Shown here: piece after piece, positions 29,576 to 39,615 of the stretch
Layout: the number at the start of each line of letters is the position of its first letter
Numbering within the stretch: the stretch's first letter is position 1
DNA from: Candidatus Poribacteria bacterium
GTDB taxonomy: Bacteria > Poribacteria > WGA-4E > WGA-3G
Direction: 5' to 3'
Assembly (NCBI GenBank): GCA_965198235.1
Contig: OZ240248.1
Coordinates: 1,664,001-1,728,000, forward strand
DNA: 64,000 nucleotides
Position numbers and translations under genes: made by a program
Notes under the pieces: model-generated
What the model was told of the DNA's origin: nothing
Databases searched by the model: none
The model's input: only the letters and a program-made list of their open reading frames with translations

Positions 29576-29773
29576 TTCCTTTACTTGGAATGTGCCCGTA
29601 AGCAAAGGTCCGCGCTAAAAAGTGTATTTGCAGGCGAAAAATGAAAAAGCGATGCACGCCGCACTATGTTATCGAAACACGGTGCGGCGTTAGTTCTTAA
29701 GGAATCTCAATCAGGAAATCGGGAACTACACTCAAACAATCAGAAGCGATAGGAGTCGGTATAGAGGTAGTTC

Positions 29774-31075
29774 CTATTTATCGTTTCCACGTCTTTTTTG
29801 AACGCGCAGAAAAGCGGGAATTTCCCAATCTGTTTCACGCTGCTGCGAGCCTTGGTCTCTCCCTCGGGCAGGTTTCTGCGGGTTGCTTTGGGGTACATTC
29901 TCCTCCTCTGTAGATGGTTCGGCGTTTGCCCTTTGCCCACGACCCGGAATCCTGGATCTGTCGGATGGCGTTCTGGCGACACTCTGTCTCACCCTGCTTG
30001 GACTTGGTACACGCTGTTCGGGAAGTGCCGGTGTTTGCCTTTGATAGGTATCTGCGTCATCATATCGTGCGGCTGTATTTCTGTCATCGATTTCGTGGAC
30101 TTCCTCTTCAACAGTATCAAATCCTGTTGCAATGACGGTTACAAGGACTTCATCTTCAAGTTCCAATTCACCTTTGTAAACAAGTCCAAAAATAATTTGT
30201 GCCTCGGGGGCGGTATCCTGAATGACACCCATAGCGTCATCGAGTTCGTGCATCATGAAATCGGGCGGTGCGGTAATGTTCACAATCATACCGACGGCTC
30301 CGGCAATATTAGTTTGCTCAAGGAGGGGTGAGCTGATCGCTTGTTCTGCGGCGATTTGAGCGCGGTTGTCTCCTGTAGCATGCCCCATGCCCATCAATGC
30401 ACTTCCTGCATTTCGCATGATGGATTCAACATCAGCAAAGTCAACGTTGATTTCACCGGATTCAGTGACGATGTCGGATATGCTTTTAACACCATGTAAG
30501 AGAATCTGATCTCCCATACGAAATGCTTCCCGGATAGGAAGTTTCCTGTCCATGGTGTCGATGAGACGCTGGTTTGGTACAACAATTACGGAATCAGCAG
30601 CTGCTCGGAGTTCCTCAAGTCCTGCTTCGGCGGCGGCTGCGCGACGTTGTCCCTCAAAGTTGAAAGGACGTGTCACGACCCCGATGGTAAGTGCGCCACG
30701 CTCTTTTGCTTGTGTAGCGATGAGTGGTGCCGCGCCGGTGCCAGTTCCACCCCCCATACCTGCGGTGATGAAGACCATATTTGCGTTTTCTACGATAGTT
30801 TGAAGATGTTCTCTGTCTTCTTCAGCAGCTTTTCTGCCAATATCGGGGTTTGCACCGGAGCCTAAGCCCTCGGTGGTGTTGACACCAATCTGGATTTGGG
30901 TAGCACCGCGGCAGGTCACCAGTGCTTGTTGGTCAGTATTGACGGCATAAAATTCTATGCCGGTAAGTCCTGCTTCAATCATACGTTTGACAGCGTTTCC
31001 ACCTGCTCCACCGATCCCAATAACTTTAATTTTCGCACGTAGACTTTCGAATTCTTCCTGTTCAAATTCTATCAT
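29774..31075 (-). CDS. ftsZ: Cell division protein FtsZ
   Basis: GGAGGNA, GGGTGTG, NVDFAD, C-terminal WEIPAFLR. Confidence 0.97.
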   Translation of the reverse strand: MIEFEQEEFESLRAKIKVIGIGGAGGNAVKRMIEAGLTGIEFYAVNTDQQALVTCRGATQIQIGVNTTEGLGSGANPDIGRKAAEEDREHLQTIVENANMVFITAGMGGGTGTGAAPLIATQAKERGALTIGVVTRPFNFEGQRRAAAAEAGLEELRAAADSVIVVPNQRLIDTMDRKLPIREAFRMGDQILLHGVKSISDIVTESGEINVDFADVESIMRNAGSALMGMGHATGDNRAQIAAEQAISSPLLEQTNIAGAVGMIVNITAPPDFMMHELDDAMGVIQDTAPEAQIIFGLVYKGELELEDEVLVTVIATGFDTVEEEVHEIDDRNTAARYDDADTYQRQTPALPEQRVPSPSRVRQSVARTPSDRSRIPGRGQRANAEPSTEEENVPQSNPQKPARGRDQGSQQRETDWEIPAFLRVQKRRGNDK

Positions 31076-31193
31076 CTTAGATTTCAGTTACTATAACTAA
31101 AGACACAGCAACCTAATTCCTCCTATCATTATAGCCTCAATCTCCAGACCGAGGTTCTTTAATAACTTTCATGGATTCGCTTTTTCACATTAA

Positions 31194-31222
31194 ATTATAC
31201 GCTATTAGCAAAGTTAAGTCAA
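31194..31222 (-). promoter_or_regulatory. Internal sigma70-like promoter for ftsZ
   Basis: TTGACT-N17-TATAAT on minus strand. Confidence 0.65.
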
Positions 31223-31280
31223 GCGTTGCGGCAAGTTTGGCATAAGTGGGGTTCGTCCTATTAAATAATGAGGAGGACGC

Positions 31281-32507
31281 TTAATATCCAAACCATTCTT
31301 TGATGCGTTGCAGGAGTGATCCAAAGGCGTTCCCTCCATGGCGTGCGTTGTGTTCGCGTTCTAACTGCCGCAAAGTCTCACCGTAAAGAGCGAGTCCGAT
31401 TCCTGTCGAGTACATTGGATGGTTCACTCGGTCGGTTAAGCCTTGTAAGCCACGCGGATATCCGATCTGGACGCGCAACTGGAGTATAGCTTCAGCGAGT
31501 TCTTGCAAACCGTCCATGAGTGCAGTACCCCCCGTGAGCACGAGTCCACCTGGAAGCGGAATATCACCTAATTCGTCACCGATTGCATCTAAGATTTCAG
31601 CCATACGGTACTCAATAATTTGGGCAAGTTCAATCCGGTCGATGAAACGCGGTGGCGTTGAATCACTCGCGACTGGAATAGATCTAACTTCATCGGGATC
31701 AACTAATTCTGTCCAAGCGCAGCCGCGATGAAGTTTAAGTTCCTCCGCTTCTGGAAGGGTGACTTTTAAGTATTGCGCAATGTCATTGGTAACGTGTTGT
31801 CCTCCAACAGGAATTACGGCTGTATGTTCGATAGAATCCTCTTTGTAAACAATAATTTCAGTTGTTCCATCACCGATGTCAACAAGTGCGATGCCGACTT
31901 CACGCTCATCCTTTGAGAGGGTAGCTTGTGTTGCTGCGAGCGGTGCAGCGACAAGCGTTTCAACTATAGGCACGCCTGCCTTTTCGATACTATTGAGCAA
32001 ATTCTGGATAGCCGTTGTGCCACCTGTAATAATGTAGGCGTAAGCTTCAAGACGCGCTCCAGACATACCGATGGGTTCCCTAATACGACTCTGGGCATCA
32101 ACGACGAAATTCTGTTGGATTACATGCAGTATTTCCCTATCTGCGGGAATGGAGATTGCCTTCGCCGCTATCATCGCTCGGTCAACATCGTCCTGCGAAA
32201 TCTCAGTATTTGCCACAGAAACAACCCCATGTGACGTTTGCCCAATAACATGTTCACCGGAAATGCCGACACAGACGGAGTCTATTTTCACCCCTGCCAT
32301 CAATTCAGCACTGGAGATGGCTTTACGGATAGCCTCAGCTGTTTGGTTGATGTCAACGACAACTCCCCTGCGGAGTCCTTCGGAAGGCGCGTGCCCAACA
32401 CCGATAATTCCTAATTTTTGGGTGCCCCCGTGTAGCGTGTTCCCAACAACTACCGAAATTTTGCTCGAACCGATATCAAGTCCTGCGATAATATTTTGTT
32501 TTGGCAT
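31281..32507 (-). CDS. ftsA: Cell division protein FtsA
   Basis: LDIGSSK, GLRRGVVVD, VDIGDGTT, LTGG, C-terminal amphipathic helix. Confidence 0.96.
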   Translation of the reverse strand: MPKQNIIAGLDIGSSKISVVVGNTLHGGTQKLGIIGVGHAPSEGLRRGVVVDINQTAEAIRKAISSAELMAGVKIDSVCVGISGEHVIGQTSHGVVSVANTEISQDDVDRAMIAAKAISIPADREILHVIQQNFVVDAQSRIREPIGMSGARLEAYAYIITGGTTAIQNLLNSIEKAGVPIVETLVAAPLAATQATLSKDEREVGIALVDIGDGTTEIIVYKEDSIEHTAVIPVGGQHVTNDIAQYLKVTLPEAEELKLHRGCAWTELVDPDEVRSIPVASDSTPPRFIDRIELAQIIEYRMAEILDAIGDELGDIPLPGGLVLTGGTALMDGLQELAEAILQLRVQIGYPRGLQGLTDRVNHPMYSTGIGLALYGETLRQLEREHNARHGGNAFGSLLQRIKEWFGY

Positions 32508-32605
32508 TTAAATGTTTTCACCTCCTTCTTCTTTAAGTATCAAGGGCAGTAAACAGGTGCGGAGCCAATATTCTATAGGGCCCTATAGGTCCTACAGGGA
32601 TAGTG

Positions 32606-33604
32606 CTACTTGCTTTCAGTATAACCCCCCAAGTAGAGTGTGTCTTGGTACCGGACATCAAGATATGGCTTTCTTACACTCGGGATCTCACCCATAAGTT
32701 CAAGGATCCGAGTTTTATGCTGTTTTAGAAGCAGGGTCGTATGATGAAGCCCAGATTCGATCGCGTCTCCAGCAAGCCATACTGGTACAGGCAGCGCATC
32801 AATCTGTAGCTTAATTTTTTGGAAATCACTTGCGTCGATAATCCGTATTTGTGCCGCAAGTGCTGGTTCCTGGAGCAGGGCAGTCTTTAAAACCTCTAAT
32901 CCCAATTTAACCTCGCTTCTCTGAACGGCAGTACCAATTCTCGGTAGTTCATTACTCACTACCGGGAATATCGCCATTCCTTCAAGCCCTTCAAATCTCC
33001 ATTGACCTGTTTCTCCAACCTCTATATTTTTTAACACATGTCCTTCGCTATCTACGAGAAAAAACGAAATATCACCATCGAGTGGCGCACTTACAGCGGA
33101 TGATTTATTACCTAACGTTTGTACTCTGGGCATGTGCGCTTGAGAAGTTTGCGAAGCATTACCGAACCGCAGGAGAGCAAAAGGTTCACGTTCGGTGACT
33201 TCAATGGTGAGTATCCGCTTCATCACATGTTTAACGACGTGTACTTCTTTAATGTAACTCAAGCTCTCCTTCAGATAGTCAGCTGTTTGCTCTTCGGAAT
33301 CTGTGACGATATTTTCTAACTTCTCGCCTAATACATCATAGATTTGTACATCAGTATAGTGTATATTCCCTGAAAGTTCAAGTGAAACGTATCCAGCACT
33401 AAAAAAACCGAGCCCTATTTTTCCTGCAAACGATAAAGTAACCATGACCGCGATGACGAGGATTATACGCCGCCACATGTATATTTTGGCGTTGGGGTGT
33501 TTACCAAGTCGTCGCGCAGGCATTGAAGTCTGCCACGTATATCCATTACGCTTTTTACCAATTTTTAAGTGATTGAATCTGGTCATCGTTCCACTTCGTT
33601 TCAC
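32606..33604 (-). CDS. ftsQ: Cell division protein FtsQ/DivIB (start uncertain)
   Basis: TM helix, POTRA-like region ending EREP, YLDVRY C-terminal motif, position between murC and ftsA; the longest start lies in a repeat. Confidence 0.75.
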   Translation of the reverse strand: MKRSGTMTRFNHLKIGKKRNGYTWQTSMPARRLGKHPNAKIYMWRRIILVIAVMVTLSFAGKIGLGFFSAGYVSLELSGNIHYTDVQIYDVLGEKLENIVTDSEEQTADYLKESLSYIKEVHVVKHVMKRILTIEVTEREPFALLRFGNASQTSQAHMPRVQTLGNKSSAVSAPLDGDISFFLVDSEGHVLKNIEVGETGQWRFEGLEGMAIFPVVSNELPRIGTAVQRSEVKLGLEVLKTALLQEPALAAQIRIIDASDFQKIKLQIDALPVPVWLAGDAIESGLHHTTLLLKQHKTRILELMGEIPSVRKPYLDVRYQDTLYLGGYTESK

Positions 33605-33756
33605 GATGGTGTTCGTCGAATTCCGACGCGATCGAGGACATGTACGATTTTTATGTGCTTATATCCGCTACCCATCATTATTGGGAGAGGTTGGACTTCA
33701 TCGCGGAAATCGCCGTGAAATGTAATGGAACGGTGCCCGGCGTTAATCGTTTAAAA
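33562..33756. mobile_element. ~195-bp MITE-like junction element with ~60-bp imperfect TIRs (family A)
   Basis: Left arm is the reverse complement and right arm the direct form of the module gaaacgwagtggaacggtgnccagatttaatngtttaaaa; contains the murC stop codon. Confidence 0.8.
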
Positions 33757-35107
33757 GTCTATTTAAGAACTCGTGTCCTACTTTGCTGATGTCCCCTGCT
33801 CCCAGTGTAATGACGATATCTTCTGGTTGTGTTATTTTCATCAGAACGTCCGTAACTTCATCTGTGTCTGGTACATAGAAGACATGACGATGCCCGTGTG
33901 ATTGTATCGCTTCTGCCAGTTTTTCAGCCGTGACGTTTTCAATAGGTGCCTCACCTGCACTATAGATTGAGGTAACAATGAGGACATCTGCCTGATAAAA
34001 AGAGCGAGAGAACTCATCTGCTAAATCTCTGACACGCTGATATCGATGTGGCTGAAAAACGGCGACGATACGACGCTTATAACCGTCGCGCGCACCACTC
34101 AATGCGGCTTTCAACTTCGCTGGATTATGTGCGTAATCGTCAACGACAATGATGTTCTTAGCTTCACCGAGTACTTCAAAGCGGCGATGTACTCCCTGAA
34201 ATGACTCAAGACTCTCCCGGATTTGATTGAACGGAATATCAAGTTCAAGTCCAACAGCTATCGCTGCCAAAGAGTTAGAAATATTATGGCGGCCCGGCAT
34301 TTTAAGGTGAATTTCGCCATATAGGTGTCCATTTTTGCGAACTCGGTAACGAGATGTCGGACCTTCTACAGTAATGCCTTCAGCAGTCAGATCCGCTCGC
34401 GTTTCAAGTCCATAAGTAATATAACGCTTTTTAACCCGCGGGATAAATCTCTGAATATTCTCAGCATCTAAGCAGAGGACTGCGGTACCGTAGAACGGGA
34501 CTTTATTGATGAATTTGAGGAAGGTTTCACCAATCTCGTCAACGCTACTGTAATAATCCAGATGGTCGGCATCAACTGACGTAACAACAGCAACAGTCGG
34601 ATAAAACATCTCAATAGAGCCATACGCCTCGTCTGCTTCGACTACCATAACATCACCTTCGCCACTTCGAGCGTGACTACCATTCATGAGTTTCCCACCT
34701 ACAACGACCGTCGGATCAAGACTGGCAACGACTGTCGCAGTCATAGCGGTTGTAGTTGTTTTTCCATGTGTCCCGCTGATAGCAACGCTATAGCGCATGC
34801 GAGTAATTTCATTTAACATCTCCGCGCCTCTGACGATTGGAATTTTCTGTGTTTCTGCAGCGAGAAGTTCTGGGTTATCAGGTGGAATAGCAGGAGACAT
34901 AACGACGACATCGGCACCCTGTATGTGTGATGCTGCATGCTCATAATGGATAGTTGCTCCCCGTCCACGCAAGTGTTCCGTAGTGTATGACTTTCGGATA
35001 TCTGAGCCTGTTACGTGGAATCCGAGGTCCAGCAGAATCTCAGTGATGCCACTTAAGCCAGCACCTCCTATGCCGATGATATGGATATGTCGTGTTTTTC
35101 CAAACAT
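33743..35107 (-). CDS. murC: UDP-N-acetylmuramate--L-alanine ligase
   Basis: GIGGAGLSG, GTHGKTTTT, EADE, DHLD, DDYAHNP, FQPHRY; start MFGKT at 35107. Confidence 0.95.
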   Translation of the reverse strand: MFGKTRHIHIIGIGGAGLSGITEILLDLGFHVTGSDIRKSYTTEHLRGRGATIHYEHAASHIQGADVVVMSPAIPPDNPELLAAETQKIPIVRGAEMLNEITRMRYSVAISGTHGKTTTTAMTATVVASLDPTVVVGGKLMNGSHARSGEGDVMVVEADEAYGSIEMFYPTVAVVTSVDADHLDYYSSVDEIGETFLKFINKVPFYGTAVLCLDAENIQRFIPRVKKRYITYGLETRADLTAEGITVEGPTSRYRVRKNGHLYGEIHLKMPGRHNISNSLAAIAVGLELDIPFNQIRESLESFQGVHRRFEVLGEAKNIIVVDDYAHNPAKLKAALSGARDGYKRRIVAVFQPHRYQRVRDLADEFSRSFYQADVLIVTSIYSAGEAPIENVTAEKLAEAIQSHGHRHVFYVPDTDEVTDVLMKITQPEDIVITLGAGDISKVGHEFLNRLLND

Positions 35108-35280
35108 TTTTTTAACGATTCGCAAGGCGTTAAGTCAAGCGATTAGGTCCATAACGGTTTTCATTGGGAAGTCGCCTGCGCCGTTGTTGCAGGCTGACCT
35201 CATTTTTTATTCGCGCTGGAATTCACCGAAGACCACCGTGAAACGAAGTCGAACGGTGACCAGAGTTAATAGTTTAAAAA
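35108..35280. repeat. Junction element, family A
   Basis: Homologous to 22045-22240; abuts murC ATG and encodes the last codons and stop of murG. Confidence 0.85.
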
Positions 35281-36465
35281 GATTGACTTGGCAATATCAT
35301 CGCTGGCATATGGTTTACCGAGTGCGCGACTTGCGATTACCATGCGTTCGTGTGTATTTCCGTCCAGGGCCATGTTAGTTAGGTTTTTAACCAATACCTC
35401 TACTGTGAAAGTGCCTTGTTCAAGTACAACAGCCGCACCCTCTTCTGCAACAGTGTGAGCGTTTAATACTTGGTTGTTTCCGGTTTGCGAGGGTAAGGGT
35501 ATGAAAATTGCCGGGATACCACAAGCAGTGACTTCGGCAATAGTCATTCCCCCTGCTCTGCACACCATAACATCTGCGATGCTATAGATTTCTTCAACAG
35601 TATCAAAGAAAGGTTTGACACAGTATAGGAATCCTTCATGCGAAGCGAGTGTTTGATCATAAGCGTTTTGAACCTTTTCTACTTCCATCGCACCAGTTTG
35701 ATGGACTATCTGGATCTGATCGGCATATTCAGTTAAGTGTGGCAGCGCAGCTACAATCGCTTCATTGATAGCGTGAGCACCCTGGCTCCCACCCATCACA
35801 AAAATAGTTTTCCGCTCTGGATGCAACCCGAATCTTCTGTAGGTTTCCTCGCGCCTCGGGAATGCAGCGATTGCAGGACGAATAGGGTTTCCTGTTATCT
35901 CTATACGCGTGGTTCGTCGGAACGAATTGTTCTCGCGAACCGATTCCATGGCAAGGTAGGCGACATCCGCCCATCGTGCTAATATACTGTTCGTTAAGCC
36001 AACAGAAGCATTCTGTTCTTGGATAGCAATCGGAATTTTGCCCAGAAGACCAGCTAACAGCACCGGACCTGAAACATATCCCCCCGTTCCTATAACGACA
36101 TCTGGTTTCAACTCCTTCATATATCGCAATGACTGAATAAGTCCACGAAATGCCTTCCAAATGGTTGGTAACCATTGTAAAGTGAGGCGACGCGGAAACC
36201 CAGCAACTGAAATAGGCAAGAAACGGAATCCATGTTGTGGAACAAGCGTTGATTCCAACTTGTCTGAACCACCAATGAACGCAACGTCTACAGTGGCATC
36301 CAAACGTTGCAGTGCCTGGGCGATACCAATGGCGGGATAGATATGCCCGCCTGTCCCGCCGCCCGCGATAACGATTTTTTTGTGTGTCGCACGCTGTTGC
36401 AGTGCCAATAAGCTGCGGTCGTGGGTTTCTGATAAATTTCTATCGCAACACTTAGAAGTAATCAT
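35266..36465 (-). CDS. murG: Undecaprenyldiphospho-muramoylpentapeptide GlcNAc transferase
   Basis: GGGTGGH, GGYVS, EQN, GNPIR, GGSQGA, RAG. Confidence 0.95.
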   Translation of the reverse strand: MITSKCCDRNLSETHDRSLLALQQRATHKKIVIAGGGTGGHIYPAIGIAQALQRLDATVDVAFIGGSDKLESTLVPQHGFRFLPISVAGFPRRLTLQWLPTIWKAFRGLIQSLRYMKELKPDVVIGTGGYVSGPVLLAGLLGKIPIAIQEQNASVGLTNSILARWADVAYLAMESVRENNSFRRTTRIEITGNPIRPAIAAFPRREETYRRFGLHPERKTIFVMGGSQGAHAINEAIVAALPHLTEYADQIQIVHQTGAMEVEKVQNAYDQTLASHEGFLYCVKPFFDTVEEIYSIADVMVCRAGGMTIAEVTACGIPAIFIPLPSQTGNNQVLNAHTVAEEGAAVVLEQGTFTVEVLVKNLTNMALDGNTHERMVIASRALGKPYASDDIAKSIFLNY

Positions 36466-36529
36466 GATTTGAGTCTATTAAAGGACCTCATCCGGAGTCC
36501 CTCGCCTTACAAAATCAAGCAATTTGGTA

Positions 36530-37798
36530 TCAGTCTACGTTCTTACTGCTGCTACGTGATACGTTCAAAAGGATCCCGACGCTCACCAGGCTCAGAACAA
36601 TTGATGAGCCGCCGTAACTGATAAACGGCAAAGTAATCCCTTTTGTCGGCAACAAGCCTGTCACAACACCAATGTTGATGAATGCCTGTAGACCGATGAG
36701 TGTCGTGATTCCGGTGGCGAGCAAAGAAGCGAATAGGTCACTTGCATGTCGGGCAATGTGGAGTCCTCGCCATACAAAAAGCATGAAAATAAACGTCACA
36801 GTCACAGCACCAATAAACCCGAATTCCTCACCTAACACCGCGAAAATAAAATCTGTGTGTGGATAGGGAAGACGTGATATTTTCTGAAGGCTGCTATCGA
36901 TTCCTAAACCGAGGAGTCCACCACTTTCGAGTGCATCCAGCGAACGTGTTAGCTGATAGTTTGTCGCATCTGGAGATTTCAACATTGCCAAATAATCCAT
37001 AAGCCGTTTTAGTTTATATGAATCCCGAATTATCAGTAAACTGAGAAGGCCGCCCCCGACACCTGCAAGTGTTAGCACATGCCAGAGACGCATACCACCA
37101 ATAAATAGCACCATGCAGACGGTTACTACGAGTAAGAACGCCGAACCGAAATCCGGTTGGATGTACACAAGACCAAAAGCGACACCTACAATCAGGATAT
37201 TCGGAAGTACACCGTTGAAAAAACTCTTAACGCGCTCTGGGTTGCGGCTTATGAAATTTGCCACATGCATAACCAACGCTATTTTTGCAAATTCCACAGG
37301 CTGAAAATGGACGGGTAGATTCCCGATCTGGATCCAGCGTCTAAATCTACCGCCGTCGGCACCTTGTACGCTTGCCCCTAAACCTGGGACGAAAACCAAT
37401 AATAACCCTATAAAGGCGAGTATCAAAAAGAGGTTTGCGAACTTCGCATAAAGCCTATAGGGTAGGTAAGAAGTAAAGAGCATACCGACTAAACCAATCA
37501 CACATGCGATGATGTGTATCTGCAGATACCGGTAACTATAGCCATCATAGTGTCTTGAAGAGAGAAGATGGCTTGCGCTGTATACCATCAGAATGCCTAT
37601 CGCAATAAGGCAGAGCGTAAGAGCGATCAACCCTCTATCCATTCGTCTCAATCTTTGCGGAGAAGGTGCTTCTACTACTTGTTTCTGCTGTTCCTCTACA
37701 ACGGAATAGGCGCGCGTGTTTGTCCATTTAAACCCAGATTTTGATTTGGATTTACGATCCCTATTGCTACGGGCAGAGTTTTGGTAATTGCGTACCAT
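36530..37798 (-). CDS. ftsW: Peptidoglycan polymerase FtsW (SEDS)
   Basis: RWI, QPVEFAK, QPDFG, HTDFIF, EEFG, LPFISYGGSS. Confidence 0.93.
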   Translation of the reverse strand: MVRNYQNSARSNRDRKSKSKSGFKWTNTRAYSVVEEQQKQVVEAPSPQRLRRMDRGLIALTLCLIAIGILMVYSASHLLSSRHYDGYSYRYLQIHIIACVIGLVGMLFTSYLPYRLYAKFANLFLILAFIGLLLVFVPGLGASVQGADGGRFRRWIQIGNLPVHFQPVEFAKIALVMHVANFISRNPERVKSFFNGVLPNILIVGVAFGLVYIQPDFGSAFLLVVTVCMVLFIGGMRLWHVLTLAGVGGGLLSLLIIRDSYKLKRLMDYLAMLKSPDATNYQLTRSLDALESGGLLGLGIDSSLQKISRLPYPHTDFIFAVLGEEFGFIGAVTVTFIFMLFVWRGLHIARHASDLFASLLATGITTLIGLQAFINIGVVTGLLPTKGITLPFISYGGSSIVLSLVSVGILLNVSRSSSKNVD

Positions 37799-37861
37799 CG
37801 TTGTGCTCTTAATCCTTTTCTGTGTTGTCTCGATCCTAAAAATCCATGTTTATGAATAGTT

Positions 37862-39307
37862 CTAATGAAGGGGTTGGAGCGCGTCAACTGCTTCTTTAAA
37901 ATCGGTACCTCTTGCTTTGTAATCGGGGTACATATCAAAACTCGCATTTGCCGGGGACAACAGGACGACATCGCCCGGTGACGTGTGTTTATGTGCCATC
38001 TGCACGGCTTTTGCCATTGTTTCAGCTTTCATTATTTTCGTGGTATTGGCGAGAGTCTTTTCAATCTGTTGGGTGTACTCTCCGAGCATTACTGCCCCTT
38101 TAACCTTAGTTTGAACAATTTCACGCAAAGGCGTGTAATCATTACCCTTGTCATACCCTCCCATTATCAGTAGAACCTGGGAATCGGCTAACGATTCAAG
38201 AGCTGCTTTGACGGCTGCCACGTTTGTCGCTTTTGAGTCGTTTATGAATCGGACCCCTTCTAAGGTCCGCACCAACTCAAAAGCGTGGGATAAAGCGGGG
38301 TGCGACCGATCGAAGCATTGAAGTGCTTTTCGGATCTCTGCCCGTGTTACACCAAAAATCTGTCCTACAGCAATAGCGGCGAGGACGTTCTGTACATTGT
38401 GCGCCCCTGGAAGTGGAATGTCTATGATGTCACATATCTTCTCGCGTGTCTCATTCTGCTGCGCGAAAAGCCCCGAACCCTCTCTAAATGTTCCTGAGAA
38501 CGACAAATCTTCAGGAGCACCTTTGTCTGTAAAGTAGACCGCTTCCGCCGATGTTGATGCTGCGAAATCTTTGACAGATGCATCTGAATCATTGAGAACT
38601 ATCCAGTCTGCAGTCGTTTGGTTGTTAGAGATTTTCTGTTTTGCTTCGCAATAGGCGGACATTGTTCCATGTCTGTCCAAGTGGTCGCGAGACAAATTAA
38701 GCACAACGCTAACCTTCGGATGAAAGGTCACGGTGCTTTCCAACTGAAAACTACTTGCCTCAACAACGACTATATCTCGACTTGTAAGATTTTGAACCTC
38801 CGCTGCCAATGGAACACCGATGTTGCCAGCAACGCGAACGTTTGGAAATCTACCACCGGCTTTTAGTATGGCAGCTGTGAGCAGCGTCGTTGTTGATTTA
38901 CCTTTCGTGCCAGTGATGGCGACAATAGTTGCTGGACATACGCTCGCGGCAACCTCCAATTCTGCGAGGATTGGGAGGTTTCTCGACCGCGCCTCGCACA
39001 GGATCGGAATATCAAGCGGTACACCCGGGGAGGCCACTATCAGGTCTGCATCTGTAATGCATTCCAAAGGATGCCCGCTAAAATATGTTCGATACGGATT
39101 ACAGATGTCTGAAAATCTACTGTTAGCGATCTGCGCTTTGCTTGGCTCTGAGGACTCATTGAGCGCAGCAATTTCTGCTGATAGTGTTTCACGAGAACGC
39201 GTATCTGTAAGCGTAACAACGGCGCCGTGTGAATATAGTAATTTCGCCGCGGCGATCCCGCTCCGATTCAAGCCAAAAACTGTAACCCGTTTTCCTTGTA
39301 ATTGCAC
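37862..39307 (-). CDS. murD: UDP-MurNAc-L-Ala--D-glutamate ligase
   Basis: SPG, GTKGKSTT, GNIG, SSFQL, DHLDRH, NDSKATN, LLSPA; start taken at GTG 39307 (VQLQGK). Confidence 0.94.
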   Translation of the reverse strand: MQLQGKRVTVFGLNRSGIAAAKLLYSHGAVVTLTDTRSRETLSAEIAALNESSEPSKAQIANSRFSDICNPYRTYFSGHPLECITDADLIVASPGVPLDIPILCEARSRNLPILAELEVAASVCPATIVAITGTKGKSTTTLLTAAILKAGGRFPNVRVAGNIGVPLAAEVQNLTSRDIVVVEASSFQLESTVTFHPKVSVVLNLSRDHLDRHGTMSAYCEAKQKISNNQTTADWIVLNDSDASVKDFAASTSAEAVYFTDKGAPEDLSFSGTFREGSGLFAQQNETREKICDIIDIPLPGAHNVQNVLAAIAVGQIFGVTRAEIRKALQCFDRSHPALSHAFELVRTLEGVRFINDSKATNVAAVKAALESLADSQVLLIMGGYDKGNDYTPLREIVQTKVKGAVMLGEYTQQIEKTLANTTKIMKAETMAKAVQMAHKHTSPGDVVLLSPANASFDMYPDYKARGTDFKEAVDALQPLH

Positions 39308-39612
39308 TTTTTTAATTATTAAATCTGTTAACCATCGAAGAAATCCGCAGAAACACCCAAGCAAAAACCCCAAGCAAAAACACTCGTGCTTTAACATTTA
39401 TAGCGGAGTCGAGTTGATGGTTAAACCGCTCCACTTCGTTCCGCGGTGGTTTTCGGTTAATTCTAACTGCCTCTGGAATCTGAACGTTATTTAACAAAGT
39501 CTGTTAGGAGGATCAAAAACCTGCCCGAAATGAAATTAGGTTTCCTTAAATGGCATAATTTGTCTTTGCTTTACATTTGGAGGGCAGTCCAGGATCCCCA
39601 TAATTAAAAAAA
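39308..39612. mobile_element. 305-bp composite junction element (family A) between mraY and murD
   Basis: Inverted ends ttttttaattat / ataattaaaaaa; contains modules shared with 9763-9880, 5405-5440, 43259-43295 and the gaacgaagtgga core. Confidence 0.85.
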
Positions 39613-39615
39613 TAG

